Assembly: GCA_012514745.1 (NCBI GenBank)
Contig: JAAYZR010000001.1
Coordinates: forward strand, 7,877 to 71,876
From: Candidatus Undivivens industriae
GTDB taxonomy: Bacteria; Omnitrophota; Gorgyraeia; Gygaellales; Profunditerraquicolaceae
Direction: 5' to 3'
Length of the DNA stretch: 64,000 nucleotides
A model generated the notes under the pieces. It had not been told where the DNA came from and ran no database searches. It worked only from the letters and a program-made list of their open reading frames with translations. A program made the translations under genes and the position numbers. Positions 38,476-48,242 of the stretch are shown piece by piece (position 1 is the first letter of the stretch; every line of letters begins with the position of its first letter).

Positions 38476-39792
38476 ATGAATAAACATGAAAAAATACGAA
38501 AAGCTATATTAAAGCAAACTAGACTATATTTCGCTTCAGCACAGCGGAAGAAGTTTATTGAAGGGACTCACTATATATCATACGCAGGCAGGGTCTACGA
38601 CCAAGAAGAACTAACGGCTTTGGTTGATTCGGCGCTGGATTTCTGGCTGACAGCCGGCAGGTACGCGAGGCTTTTCGAAGAGAAACTCGCGGAGTTCACG
38701 GGAGCGAGGTATTCGATCCTGACCAACTCCGGCTCCTCCGCCGACCTGCTGGCCGTTACCGCCCTGACATCCCCGCTGCTTAAGGACCGCCGTCTCAAAC
38801 CGGGGGACGAGGTGATAACCACGGCCTGCGGTTTTCCCACTACCGTCAATCCCATACTGCAGAACGGGCTCGTTCCGGTTTTTGTGGATGTTTCACTCGG
38901 CACATACAACATAAATACAGATTTGCTGGAGCGGGCGATTTCTTCAAAAACGCGCGCTTTGATAATAGCGCATACTCTTGGTAATCCCGCAGACCTGGAT
39001 GCCATAACGCGTTTTTGCAGAAAACACAAATTATGGTTCATTGAGGATAATTGCGACGCCCTCGGCTCGCGGTACGCAGGACGGTCCACAGGGACGTTCG
39101 GCGATATCGGCACATGCAGTTTTTATCCGGCGCACCATATAACCATGGGAGAGGGTGGGGCTCTCCTTACCAACGACCCTTTATTGAGAAGAATAATACT
39201 TTCCTTCCGCGATTGGGGCAGGGACTGCTGGTGTGAATCGGGGCGTGACGATACCTGCAAAAAGCGTTTCAGCCAGAAGTTCGGTGGATTGCCGTTCGGT
39301 TACGACCACAAATACGTTTATTCCCACATAGGTTACAATTTAAAGGTTACCGATATGCAAGCGGCAATTGGCTGCGCACAGTTGAAGAAACTGCCCGGTT
39401 TCATAGCTCAGCGAAAGAGAAATTTCGCGTTTTTCTACGATGCTTTTAAGAAATACGAAGATTACCTATTTCTGCCGCGATGGGAGCGTAAGTCTAATCC
39501 GAGTTGGTTCGGATTTCCCATACTGGTAAGGGATGACGCGCCGTTCAGCCGCAACGATATCGTTGCTTATCTCGAAGGGAAGAAGATTGCAACCCGTATG
39601 CTTTTCGGGGGAAACCTTACAAAGCAGCCGGCTTACAAAAACACGAAATACCGTGTGGCAGGAAGACTGGATAATACCGACGAAGTGATGAACAAGCTGT
39701 TTTGGATCGGAGTATACCCGGGCATAAAAAAACCGCAGAGGGATTTTATTGTCCGGACGTTCAGGGACTTCTTCAAAGAAAAGGCGGTATAG
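38476..39792 (+). CDS. ddhC: CDP-6-deoxy-D-glycero-L-threo-4-hexulose-3-dehydrase-like (E1/DdhC/RfbH; DegT/DnrJ/EryC1 family, PMP-dependent, [2Fe-2S])
   Basis: The DegT-family fold is present. The protein carries a C-X57-C-X1-C-X7-C cysteine motif (NCD...CWCESGRDDTC), which is the Fe-S ligand spacing I recall for E1. It sits in a cluster with rfbF and a 4,6-dehydratase. Confidence 0.75.
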   Translation: MNKHEKIRKAILKQTRLYFASAQRKKFIEGTHYISYAGRVYDQEELTALVDSALDFWLTAGRYARLFEEKLAEFTGARYSILTNSGSSADLLAVTALTSPLLKDRRLKPGDEVITTACGFPTTVNPILQNGLVPVFVDVSLGTYNINTDLLERAISSKTRALIIAHTLGNPADLDAITRFCRKHKLWFIEDNCDALGSRYAGRSTGTFGDIGTCSFYPAHHITMGEGGALLTNDPLLRRIILSFRDWGRDCWCESGRDDTCKKRFSQKFGGLPFGYDHKYVYSHIGYNLKVTDMQAAIGCAQLKKLPGFIAQRKRNFAFFYDAFKKYEDYLFLPRWERKSNPSWFGFPILVRDDAPFSRNDIVAYLEGKKIATRMLFGGNLTKQPAYKNTKYRVAGRLDNTDEVMNKLFWIGVYPGIKKPQRDFIVRTFRDFFKEKAV

Positions 39793-39794
39793 GT

Positions 39795-40724
39795 ATGAAG
39801 ACGATAAGCATCATAACCCCTTGTTATAATGAAGAAAGAAATGTCGCCGAGCTTTATAAAGAAGTGAAGAGCGTGATGTCGGGGATCAAGGGGTATGAGT
39901 ACGAGCATATATTCATAGATAACGCCTCTACGGATAACACCGTTTCTATTCTTAAAGAGATCGCCGGCAAGGACAGAAACGTAAAACTCATCGTCAATCT
40001 CAAAAACTATGGGCATTTAAAGTCGCCTTTTTACGCGATCCTTCAGGCAAAGGGAGACGCCGTCATTTCCGTTGTGGCCGACATGCAGGATCCCCCCGCA
40101 CTCATCAGAAGCTTTATCGAAAAATGGGAAGCCGGATATAAAATAGTTGTTGGAGTGAAGAATGAGAGTAAAGAAGCGCGTTGGATGTTCTTTGTCAGAA
40201 AACTCTATTATTGGTTGATAAGCGTTATCTCGACCTCGGAGCAGATAAAGAATTTTACCGGGTTCGGCCTTTACGACAGGTCGGTGATAGAGATATTGCG
40301 TCAGTTCGACGAGAGGTATCCCTATTTTCGCGGACTTATCAGCGATCTCGGTTTCCCGGTAGCGCGAGTGGAATTCATTCAGCCCAGAAGGAAAAAAGGC
40401 AGGAGCAACAACAATCTCTATACGCTTTTTGACCTGGCTATGCTTGGCATAGTGAATTATTCGGTCCTGCCGCTGCGACTCGCCACTTTTATAGGGCTCA
40501 TCACGGCGGCTTTGAGTTTTTTTACGGCATTGTTTTACCTTATATACAAGATCATCTTTTGGAATAAATTCCAGGTCGGCATGGCCCCTTTAGTTATCGG
40601 TATCTTCTTTTTCTCCGCGGTCCAACTTTTTTTTATAGGAATCATTGGCGAATACATAGGTGCTATATACACGCAGATCAAGAAGCGCCCGCTGGTCATC
40701 GAGAAAGAGCGGATAAATTTTTAG
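39795..40724 (+). CDS. GT2 polyprenyl-phosphate glycosyltransferase (GtrB/DPM1/ArnC-like)
   Basis: The N-terminus ISIITPCYNEERNV, FIDNASTDNT, and two C-terminal TM helices are present. An RBS aaggcgg lies 6 nt upstream. Confidence 0.8.
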   Translation: MKTISIITPCYNEERNVAELYKEVKSVMSGIKGYEYEHIFIDNASTDNTVSILKEIAGKDRNVKLIVNLKNYGHLKSPFYAILQAKGDAVISVVADMQDPPALIRSFIEKWEAGYKIVVGVKNESKEARWMFFVRKLYYWLISVISTSEQIKNFTGFGLYDRSVIEILRQFDERYPYFRGLISDLGFPVARVEFIQPRRKKGRSNNNLYTLFDLAMLGIVNYSVLPLRLATFIGLITAALSFFTALFYLIYKIIFWNKFQVGMAPLVIGIFFFSAVQLFFIGIIGEYIGAIYTQIKKRPLVIEKERINF

Positions 40725-40842
40725 CAAAAAAGCAGGAGTGGATTTCACGCAAGAGCATATTGTTCTTGCCCCGAAGTTCATTCCTTTTTTACAGGCCCAT
40801 TATTTTTGACGCGCGCTTCATCTGTAAACTACAGGGTGCGAT

Positions 40843-42141
40843 TTGAAACAGACAAGACGGATATTTATCGAGTGCAGCAATACTTGGGCGAGCGATGTCA
40901 ACACCGGCATTCAACGAGTGGTGCGAAATATCGTCCGGCAGGCTTCCGTCGTCTGCTTTTCTCCTGACGTGCAAACGATACCGGTCGTGATCAGCTCCGG
41001 TTCTTTCCGGGTGGCGGGGGATAAACCGGAAAGCTCTCTTTCCAATGCCGCTCGCATGTGCCGTTTAAAGCGTATCTATTACCGCCTGCGTCCGGCATTA
41101 AAGAAGTTCCCATTCATCGATAAAATAGAATACTTTTGTTTCTTACATGCGCGCCGCTTTATGGCATCGTTGCCGGGATTTTCGGCGGTTTCGCGGCGCT
41201 GCGATTCTACGACAGGGCCAGAAATTGCCCCGGGCAATGGGGACATCGTCATTTTGCTCGATTCTTCCTGGATGTATCCGGTCTGGCCGGCGGTAAAGAA
41301 AGCTAAAAATAACGGTGCAGATATCGTCCTGGTGGTATACGATATAATCCCGCTTTCGCATCCTGAATTTTTTCCGCGCGCGATTAATACGCGTTTCCGC
41401 GAATGGTTTTTAGGTGCCGTGAAAAATGCCGATAGGATAATCTGTATATCCGAATCCGTCCAGAAGGAGATAGCCGCATACCTTGTGAACGTGCCGGGCG
41501 GAGAACGGCTTCACGGACGGGTGGATTTTTTTCATCTGGGTTCGGCGCTGGATAATATACCGGGGCACGCAGAAATTTCCGGGAAACTCCCGAAGGATGG
41601 ATGTAGGTTGAAACGGGGATTTTATATCAGCGTTGGAACGGTGGAAGCGCGCAAAAACCATAAATACTTGCTGGACGCTTTCGATCTTGTATGGGAACGC
41701 TGGCCCGAGGCGGGGTTGTGCATAATAGGAAAAATCGGATGGCTTTGCGAGGATGTGGTTGAGCGTATAATAAAGCACCCATTATTCGGCAAAAAGCTTT
41801 TTATGTTCAATGATGTATCTGATGAGGAACTCGATTTTTATTACAGGAATTCGAAAGCGCTTATATTCGCCTCCTATGCTGAGGGGTTCGGGCTGCCGAT
41901 CGCTGAAGCTATGCTTTACGGATTGCCTGTCTTAGCTAGTGATATACCGGTGCACAGAGAAGTCGGTAAAGGACATTGTTCGTATTTTAACTTGAATGAT
42001 CCGGCCGGGCTGGCGGGAATCATTGGCGAGATTGAAAAAACCGGTAGTATACCAGTCGCAATGAACACCAGCAGATATAGGCCGGTAACTTGGAAGGATA
42101 GCTGGTTGGAATTGCTTGAGAAAGCCGTCGCCGCCGGCTGA
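40843..42141 (+). CDS. Glycosyltransferase family 4
   Basis: The C-terminal EGFGLPIAEAMLYGLPVLASDIPVHREV is the EX7E motif. The start is TTG at 40843 (alternative downstream starts are possible). Confidence 0.7.
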   Translation: MKQTRRIFIECSNTWASDVNTGIQRVVRNIVRQASVVCFSPDVQTIPVVISSGSFRVAGDKPESSLSNAARMCRLKRIYYRLRPALKKFPFIDKIEYFCFLHARRFMASLPGFSAVSRRCDSTTGPEIAPGNGDIVILLDSSWMYPVWPAVKKAKNNGADIVLVVYDIIPLSHPEFFPRAINTRFREWFLGAVKNADRIICISESVQKEIAAYLVNVPGGERLHGRVDFFHLGSALDNIPGHAEISGKLPKDGCRLKRGFYISVGTVEARKNHKYLLDAFDLVWERWPEAGLCIIGKIGWLCEDVVERIIKHPLFGKKLFMFNDVSDEELDFYYRNSKALIFASYAEGFGLPIAEAMLYGLPVLASDIPVHREVGKGHCSYFNLNDPAGLAGIIGEIEKTGSIPVAMNTSRYRPVTWKDSWLELLEKAVAAG

Positions 42142-42188
42142 GAGTTCTATGCGGAATTACGCTTTTAACCGCCGCAGAACGGGAAGAC

Positions 42189-43298
42189 ATGAAAATCGCA
42201 TTTGTACATGATTGGCTTACCGGTATGCGCGGGGGAGAGCGCTGCCTGGAGGCTATGTGTGAGCTCTTTCCAGGCGCCGACATCTATACCTTGCTGCATA
42301 TCCCGGGTTCCGTTTCCGGGACTATCGAACGCCATCGCATTATAACTTCACCTCTGCAGTATTTTCCTTTAGTAAAAAACAAGTATCCTTATTATCTTCC
42401 TGTCATGCCCCTGGCGATAGAATCTTTTTGTTTACGTGGATACGATCTCGTAATCTCCTCCAGCCATTGCGTAGCTAAAGGGGCGCGTATTCTCGGGAGA
42501 ACCCCCCATTTATGCTATTGTTATACTCCAATGCGTTATGTTTGGGATATGCACGCGCAGTATTTTCAAAAACAGAATTTAACTTCCCTTGTAATGAGGC
42601 TGCTGCGGAGGCCTCTCAAGAAATGGGACCTGGCTTCTTCGCGAAAGGTAGACGCTTTTATCGCTATCTCCAAAACAGTTCAAAAACGTATCAAACGGTG
42701 CTATACTACAGACTCGCGTATTCTTTATCCTCCCGTGGACACGGAGCGCTTTCTTCACAGAGAGCAGAGAGGTGATTATTATCTCGTAGTAGGCGCTATG
42801 GTCCCTTATAAACGTGTAGATATCGCTGTGGATGCTTTCAATGTCCTGGGATATCCGCTTAAAATAGCAGGCTGGGGCACGGAAGAGGCCCGGTTGAAAA
42901 AAATAGCAAAAGGCAATATTTCTTTTTTAGGAAGGCTTTCCGATCCGGAAATCGCGTCGCTTTACAGCCGTTGCAAGGCATTGATATTTCCCGGGGAAGA
43001 AGATTTCGGTATCGTTCCGCTTGAAGCGATGGCATCGGGAAAGCCTGTACTGGCTTTTGCCGGAGGAGGTGCGGTTGAGACAGTGGTAAATTATGAGAAA
43101 GGTTCGGCACGTCCGGCCACCGGGATATTATTTAAAGAACAGAATGCAGGGGGGTTGATTCGGGCCGTAAAGAGTTTTGAACGGATAGAACGACTTTTTC
43201 TTCCGGAAGAGATTAAGAAACATTCTTTAGCTTTCGACAAAAAGGTTTTTAAGACCGGATTCGGGCAGATTATAGAGGAATTCTTATCTAATGCTTAA
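42189..43298 (+). CDS. Glycosyltransferase family 4
   Basis: The N-terminus MKIAFVHDWLTGMRGGERCLEAMCELFP and the C-terminal GT4 fold are present. Confidence 0.8.
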   Translation: MKIAFVHDWLTGMRGGERCLEAMCELFPGADIYTLLHIPGSVSGTIERHRIITSPLQYFPLVKNKYPYYLPVMPLAIESFCLRGYDLVISSSHCVAKGARILGRTPHLCYCYTPMRYVWDMHAQYFQKQNLTSLVMRLLRRPLKKWDLASSRKVDAFIAISKTVQKRIKRCYTTDSRILYPPVDTERFLHREQRGDYYLVVGAMVPYKRVDIAVDAFNVLGYPLKIAGWGTEEARLKKIAKGNISFLGRLSDPEIASLYSRCKALIFPGEEDFGIVPLEAMASGKPVLAFAGGGAVETVVNYEKGSARPATGILFKEQNAGGLIRAVKSFERIERLFLPEEIKKHSLAFDKKVFKTGFGQIIEEFLSNA

Positions 43299-44700
43299 AA
43301 AACACGGTCAATTACTGCTTAGTTTGTTTTTCATTGCCGACATCCTTTGGGTGATCTCGTGCTGGATGTTGATGTATGTTTTGCGTTTTTCTTTAGATAT
43401 ATTTCCAGTTTTCAGTGAAATCCCTGATTTAAGTCAGCATTACGAATTATTATTTTTCATCGTTCCGGTCTATACGCTTATTTTTAAAATAGCAGGTATA
43501 TATAAACCGAGACGGACTTCCCAGCTGAGTTCCGAGATAATAGATATTATCAAAGTTTCTGTCATTTCCCTGATGAGTCTTATTTTTATAATCTATTTCT
43601 TCAAACAGGGTTTTCATTATTCTCGCCTTACTCTTGTTTTGTTCTTCGTGTTCAGCACGTCCGGTTTGATTTTAATCAGAAGTACCCTGCGCAGGATATT
43701 CAGGGTTTTAAGGAAGAGGGGCTATAATCTGCGGCATGTTTTGATCGTTGGGACAGGGCCGCACGCCCGGGAAGTATACGAAAAGATACATGAGCATCTG
43801 GAGTTCGGGCTGAATTGTGCCGGTTTTCTTCGTAAAGAGAACAGCGCGGATTGCCGATCGGCGGTAGATCCCCAAAAGATAATCGGTACCTATAAAGAGA
43901 TCGAATCGATCATCATGCAAAAAGGCATAGACCAGGTGATCTTTGCGTTGCCTTCCGGGGAGGAGCGTATAATACGGGCGCTTTTGAAAAAAATAGAGAA
44001 GGAGGGGGTGGATATAAAGGTCATTCTTGACCTGGGGGATTTTTTTACTTTGCGCAAAAGTTTCGACGATCTGGCCGGACTTCCCGTTATAACCTTAAGA
44101 GAGAGCCCTTTGTTCGGCTGGCCCCGGATAGGTAAAAGGATGTTTGATATCGCCGGTTCTATTCTCTTTATTATAATCAGCGCGCCTTTAATGTGCTTCA
44201 TAACACTGCTGGTCAAATTGACCTCTAATGGACCGCTATTATACAAGCAGGAGCGCGTAGGTTTGGACGGTGAAAAGTTTATCATTTATAAATTCAGATC
44301 TATGCGCGTGGATGCGGAAAAAAATTGCGGGCCGGTATGGACGACCAGTTCGGATAAGCGACGGACGCCGGTAGGGGCTTTAATAAGACGTACAGGGTTG
44401 GATGAACTACCGCAGTTTTTCAACATTCTCTGGGGCGAAATGAGCTTGGTTGGGCCCAGGCCGGAACGGCCGGTATTTGTGGATAAGTTCCGTGGGCATC
44501 TGCCTAATTATATGCTGAGACATAAAATAAAAGCGGGAATGACCGGCTGGGCGCAGGTACATGGATGGCGCGGAGATACTTCCCTTGAAGAAAGGATTAA
44601 ATACGACCTTTTTTATATCGAACATTGGTCTTTATTGTTTGATTTACAGATACTTTGTATGACACTACCTGCCATTTTAAAAGGAGAGGGCGCTTATTGA
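43291..44700 (+). CDS. wbaP: Undecaprenyl-phosphate hexose-1-phosphate transferase (WbaP-like polyprenyl glycosylphosphotransferase)
   Basis: Carries the conserved PGT C-terminal domain PLLYKQERVGLDGEKFIIYKFRSMRVDAE...DELPQFFNILWGEMSLVGPRPERP. Confidence 0.9.
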   Translation: MLKKHGQLLLSLFFIADILWVISCWMLMYVLRFSLDIFPVFSEIPDLSQHYELLFFIVPVYTLIFKIAGIYKPRRTSQLSSEIIDIIKVSVISLMSLIFIIYFFKQGFHYSRLTLVLFFVFSTSGLILIRSTLRRIFRVLRKRGYNLRHVLIVGTGPHAREVYEKIHEHLEFGLNCAGFLRKENSADCRSAVDPQKIIGTYKEIESIIMQKGIDQVIFALPSGEERIIRALLKKIEKEGVDIKVILDLGDFFTLRKSFDDLAGLPVITLRESPLFGWPRIGKRMFDIAGSILFIIISAPLMCFITLLVKLTSNGPLLYKQERVGLDGEKFIIYKFRSMRVDAEKNCGPVWTTSSDKRRTPVGALIRRTGLDELPQFFNILWGEMSLVGPRPERPVFVDKFRGHLPNYMLRHKIKAGMTGWAQVHGWRGDTSLEERIKYDLFYIEHWSLLFDLQILCMTLPAILKGEGAY

Positions 44701-44776
44701 GCGGAGCCGTGCGTGAAGCCAGCCCGTTCCTTTTTACTTGTTTTACCGTTAATACTGAAAAATTTTCTAACCTGGT

Positions 44777-46000
44777 TTGATGTCTGATATGCCGGATAAA
44801 GATAAAATATATAAATTCTTCGATAACCTTCAGTTTTTCGGGTTTTGCCTGATATTATTGGCTGTGCCTTTTTCCCTGGCGGCGATAGAATCCTTTTTCG
44901 GCGTAGTCCTTTTATCGTCGGTTGTTAAATTCTCCGTCAGACGAGACTTGCATTTCATCAAAACCAGGCATACGGCCCTGTTGATTGTGTATATGTTTTT
45001 TCTCGCTCTGTCTCTGTTTAACTGCGGAGCCTACCTCAATATCGGACTTAAAGCCTGGTTTTTTAAATGGGGCGAATATGCGCTTATGTTTTTGACCGCT
45101 TCCGACACGTTCCGTTCACGAAAACGCCTGATAACAGGAATAAAAGTTCTCATTTTTTCTTCCTTTTCGGTCTTCATTTCGGTTATTACCCAGATATGGA
45201 TGGGAAAAGATATTCTTCGGGAAAGAATGCTTGTTTCGATTGCTCCCGGTGTTAATGCGATTACCGGTTCTTTTAACAGCCATAATGATTTGGGCTGTTA
45301 TCTTTCCATAATACTCATTTTACTCTTAGCTTACTTTCTGACGAGGCATAGCCGTAGAACAAAGATTCTCGTCGGATTATGGAGCGTGGTAGTTTGCGCC
45401 GGACTTCTTTTTAGCTTTTCCAGAGGCAGTTGGTTTAACTTTACCGTTTCAATTATCTTTTTTCTGGTTATGTTACGCAATGTCACCGGACGGGTTTTAC
45501 TGAAGGCCGGCATTTTTTGGCTTCTTTTCATGGCCTTTATTCTGTCTGTACCGTCTCTCAAGGCCAGGATGTTATTTACCTTCTCGGCCGAAGGTGACGC
45601 GTTAAGGTTTTCAATATGGAAAAGTTGCTGGCAAATGATTAAGGAGCATATCCTTTTAGGCAGGGGGCTTGGGACATTTATGAGTTATTTCCCCAGCTTT
45701 TCGAACGATTTCAAAACGGCTTATTACGCGCATAACTGTTATTTGCAGATGTGGGTGGAGTCGGGGCTGTTTTCCCTGTTGGCTTTTCTCGCTTTCACCG
45801 GGTCTGTCCTCGTTTCCGTGTGGCAATATGTAAAGCGTTCTAAAGACGTGATGAAAGCGGCATTGCTTGCCGGATGCGTGGGTTTCCTGGCGCACAGTTT
45901 TCTCGATACACAGCTTTATTCGCTTCAGCTTTCGACGTTGTTCTGGATATTGCTGGGAATGACGGCTGCGGAGGATGAAAACATGGCTCACCTTCGTTAA
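44777..46000 (+). CDS. O-antigen ligase / Wzy_C family membrane protein
   Basis: Has about 10 TM helices. The periplasmic loop carries FSFSRGSW (Wzy_C SRG motif) and a distal His/Arg-rich motif. Confidence 0.65.
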   Translation: MMSDMPDKDKIYKFFDNLQFFGFCLILLAVPFSLAAIESFFGVVLLSSVVKFSVRRDLHFIKTRHTALLIVYMFFLALSLFNCGAYLNIGLKAWFFKWGEYALMFLTASDTFRSRKRLITGIKVLIFSSFSVFISVITQIWMGKDILRERMLVSIAPGVNAITGSFNSHNDLGCYLSIILILLLAYFLTRHSRRTKILVGLWSVVVCAGLLFSFSRGSWFNFTVSIIFFLVMLRNVTGRVLLKAGIFWLLFMAFILSVPSLKARMLFTFSAEGDALRFSIWKSCWQMIKEHILLGRGLGTFMSYFPSFSNDFKTAYYAHNCYLQMWVESGLFSLLAFLAFTGSVLVSVWQYVKRSKDVMKAALLAGCVGFLAHSFLDTQLYSLQLSTLFWILLGMTAAEDENMAHLR

Positions 46001-46027
46001 ATGCCGAGGATGTTGTGAAGGAGGGAT

Positions 46028-47749
46028 ATGGATAGCAAGCGCAGTAGAAAGACCGCATCCACGCTGTTTTTTCTCGGCGCAGCCGGAACTGTTTTATGTT
46101 TATCCCTTTTCTTTACCAACTATTCCTTTCTTTTAAGAAAACCTGCTTCCTTGTTGTTCCCTTTTTTTCTGATTACGGCTGCGTTGTTTTTCGCCTCCGC
46201 CTATATAGCCGCAAATAAAAAAAGATATATCATGCCGGATATTGCCGCTAATTTGCGCCGGATAGACGAATGGAAGGCGCTCGGAGCCGCGATATTTATT
46301 CTTTCGGCGGTCATATTTTTGCTTTCGACTACGCGTTACAACTCCTACTCCAGCAATTTCGACCTCGCCATATACGACCAGATCATCTGGAATTCCGCGC
46401 ACGGCCGTTTTTTCATTTCTTCGATAATGGGGGATTGCAATTCGCTCGGGAATCATTTCGAGCCGGTCCTGCTTCTTCTGGCGCCGTTTTACAGGATATT
46501 TCCGGATGTCAGGTTTCTTTTCGCGGTGCAGGCGCTGGCGCTTTCTTCGGCGATGATACCGTTGTATCTTGTTTCCAGGCGCTTGCTCGCGCGCAGGCCG
46601 CTTGTGTTCAGCGTCCTCGCGGTTTATTTGCTTTCCCGCGGCATACAAGGAGCGGGGATGTTTGAGTTTCATCCCGATTATTTTCTGCCGTTATTGCTTT
46701 TTTACGCTTATTATTTTTTGATTACGAGCCGGCGCCGCGGAGCAGTATGGATGTGTCTGTTGATGCTTTTATGCAAGGAGAACGCCGCGTTCCTGGTGCT
46801 GGGACTCGGTATATTCGCGATAACCGCAAAAGAGAGCAGGCGGGTAGGGTTTATTCTTTCCGCCGCGGCCCTGTTTTACTGGATCATTCTTACGAAATTC
46901 GTTATGCCTGTTTTTTTTCGTCCGCCGGGAGCGGAACAATACCAATATTACGCCTGGCTTCCCTTCGGGCCTACAGTCAGAGATAATTTTACCGCTCTCA
47001 CGCGTGATCCGGCGGGTTTTATCCGGGTATTTTTCGATGAGATCAGGCTGGGATATTATTTGCATCTGTTGGGCCCTACCGGTTTCCTGGCTTTATTGAG
47101 CCCGGCGCACTACGCGTTGTTTATGCTTCCGGCAGGTATTTTTGTCCTGGGGAGTTTCGGGCACCTCGGACTGCTGAATATAATGGCGCAGTATTCGGCG
47201 CACACGGTCCCCGCCGTTCTTATTTCCGCGATAAACGGGCTGGTTTTTCTACAAAAGAAGCTGTCCATGAGATTCCCGGGGCATAAGGAGAAGATCAGTT
47301 TGATTTTATCGCTATATTTGCTTTTCTTCGCGGCGGGTTTCTACGGAAAGACTTCCGGTCACCGCATCTCCAAATTTATCAGGGCGGGGAGGGATATCGG
47401 GGCGGAGAATATTACCGCGGCTCTGCGTAAATACATACCGGATGGCGCTTCGGTTACCTCCACCATCAATATTTCAGCTCATCTTTCGCGCCGGGAAAAA
47501 CTTTATCTGCTGGAGGAGATGAGGGCGGACTCCAATTATCCGCGGTTGAACGGCGTGAAGTCTGCCGAGGCAGAATATAAAGAGAACCTGTCGTTATCGC
47601 GGCGGCGATATGAAAGCGACTATATTGTGGCGCACCGGAGGTTCTCCGGGGACAAATTCCCGTCCATACTGGAGAAAATATCCGGCCGCAGCTACCGTGA
47701 AATTTATCGTGATCCCGGAGGGCTGGTGATTTTCCAAAAAAACCAATAG
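46028..47749 (+). CDS. DUF2079-like polytopic membrane protein (putative GT-C glycosyltransferase)
   Basis: Multi-TM. Carries FDLAIYDQIIWNSAHG and LGNHFEPVLLLLAPFY, blocks characteristic of DUF2079. Confidence 0.55.
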   Translation: MDSKRSRKTASTLFFLGAAGTVLCLSLFFTNYSFLLRKPASLLFPFFLITAALFFASAYIAANKKRYIMPDIAANLRRIDEWKALGAAIFILSAVIFLLSTTRYNSYSSNFDLAIYDQIIWNSAHGRFFISSIMGDCNSLGNHFEPVLLLLAPFYRIFPDVRFLFAVQALALSSAMIPLYLVSRRLLARRPLVFSVLAVYLLSRGIQGAGMFEFHPDYFLPLLLFYAYYFLITSRRRGAVWMCLLMLLCKENAAFLVLGLGIFAITAKESRRVGFILSAAALFYWIILTKFVMPVFFRPPGAEQYQYYAWLPFGPTVRDNFTALTRDPAGFIRVFFDEIRLGYYLHLLGPTGFLALLSPAHYALFMLPAGIFVLGSFGHLGLLNIMAQYSAHTVPAVLISAINGLVFLQKKLSMRFPGHKEKISLILSLYLLFFAAGFYGKTSGHRISKFIRAGRDIGAENITAALRKYIPDGASVTSTINISAHLSRREKLYLLEEMRADSNYPRLNGVKSAEAEYKENLSLSRRRYESDYIVAHRRFSGDKFPSILEKISGRSYREIYRDPGGLVIFQKNQ

Positions 47750-47886
47750 AAAAGCGATGTTAAATTCTGTGTCTGGGAATGAAAGCGCTGCTCAAGGCCA
47801 ACGGAGCTTCATTGGTCATACATAGTCAATCCGGCTTTTTTTAGGGGGCAGGAAAACCGAGAAATCCCAAAAATCCACTGTTTTTT

Positions 47887-47914
47887 TTGACAAACCCGTT
47901 GTCTCTGATAGAGT
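47887..47914 (+). promoter_or_regulatory. Putative sigma70-like promoter (TTGACA-N16-TAGAGT) inside the repeat
   Basis: Sequence motif only. An identical copy lies at 49690-49717. Confidence 0.3.
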
Positions 47915-48242
47915 TAAGTTAATATCTCTTCCGGTCGATTCGGCTAAAAGACGATTCGCGCAAGCTTGAGGTATTAGCCATTCGTCATTTAAGTAAGCCC
48001 GGATTACGGTTTTTTCTTTTTCTTCTGGCGTTGTTATCCGCGCCTCCTTCTGCCTGTCCCGCCGCTACCACCGTTCTCAAAGGTTGTATAAGCGATTATT
48101 CTAACGGCAAGCCGGTTACCGCCGCGATAGTTTCACTTGAAGCTTTTGCCGTAATCCGCAAGCGCATCGGGATTTCCACTGCCGGCAATGCCGCAGGTGA
48201 ATACCGTATCGAGGCGCTTTTGCCTTCGGGTATTTACAAGAT
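47887..48242 (+). repeat. Direct repeat copy 1 (356 bp, ~97% identical to 49690-50046)
   Basis: Base-by-base comparison shows the same promoter-like TTGACA-N16-TAGAGT, a 5' leader, and ~80 codons of the N-terminus of gene 49808-51124. Confidence 0.9.
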
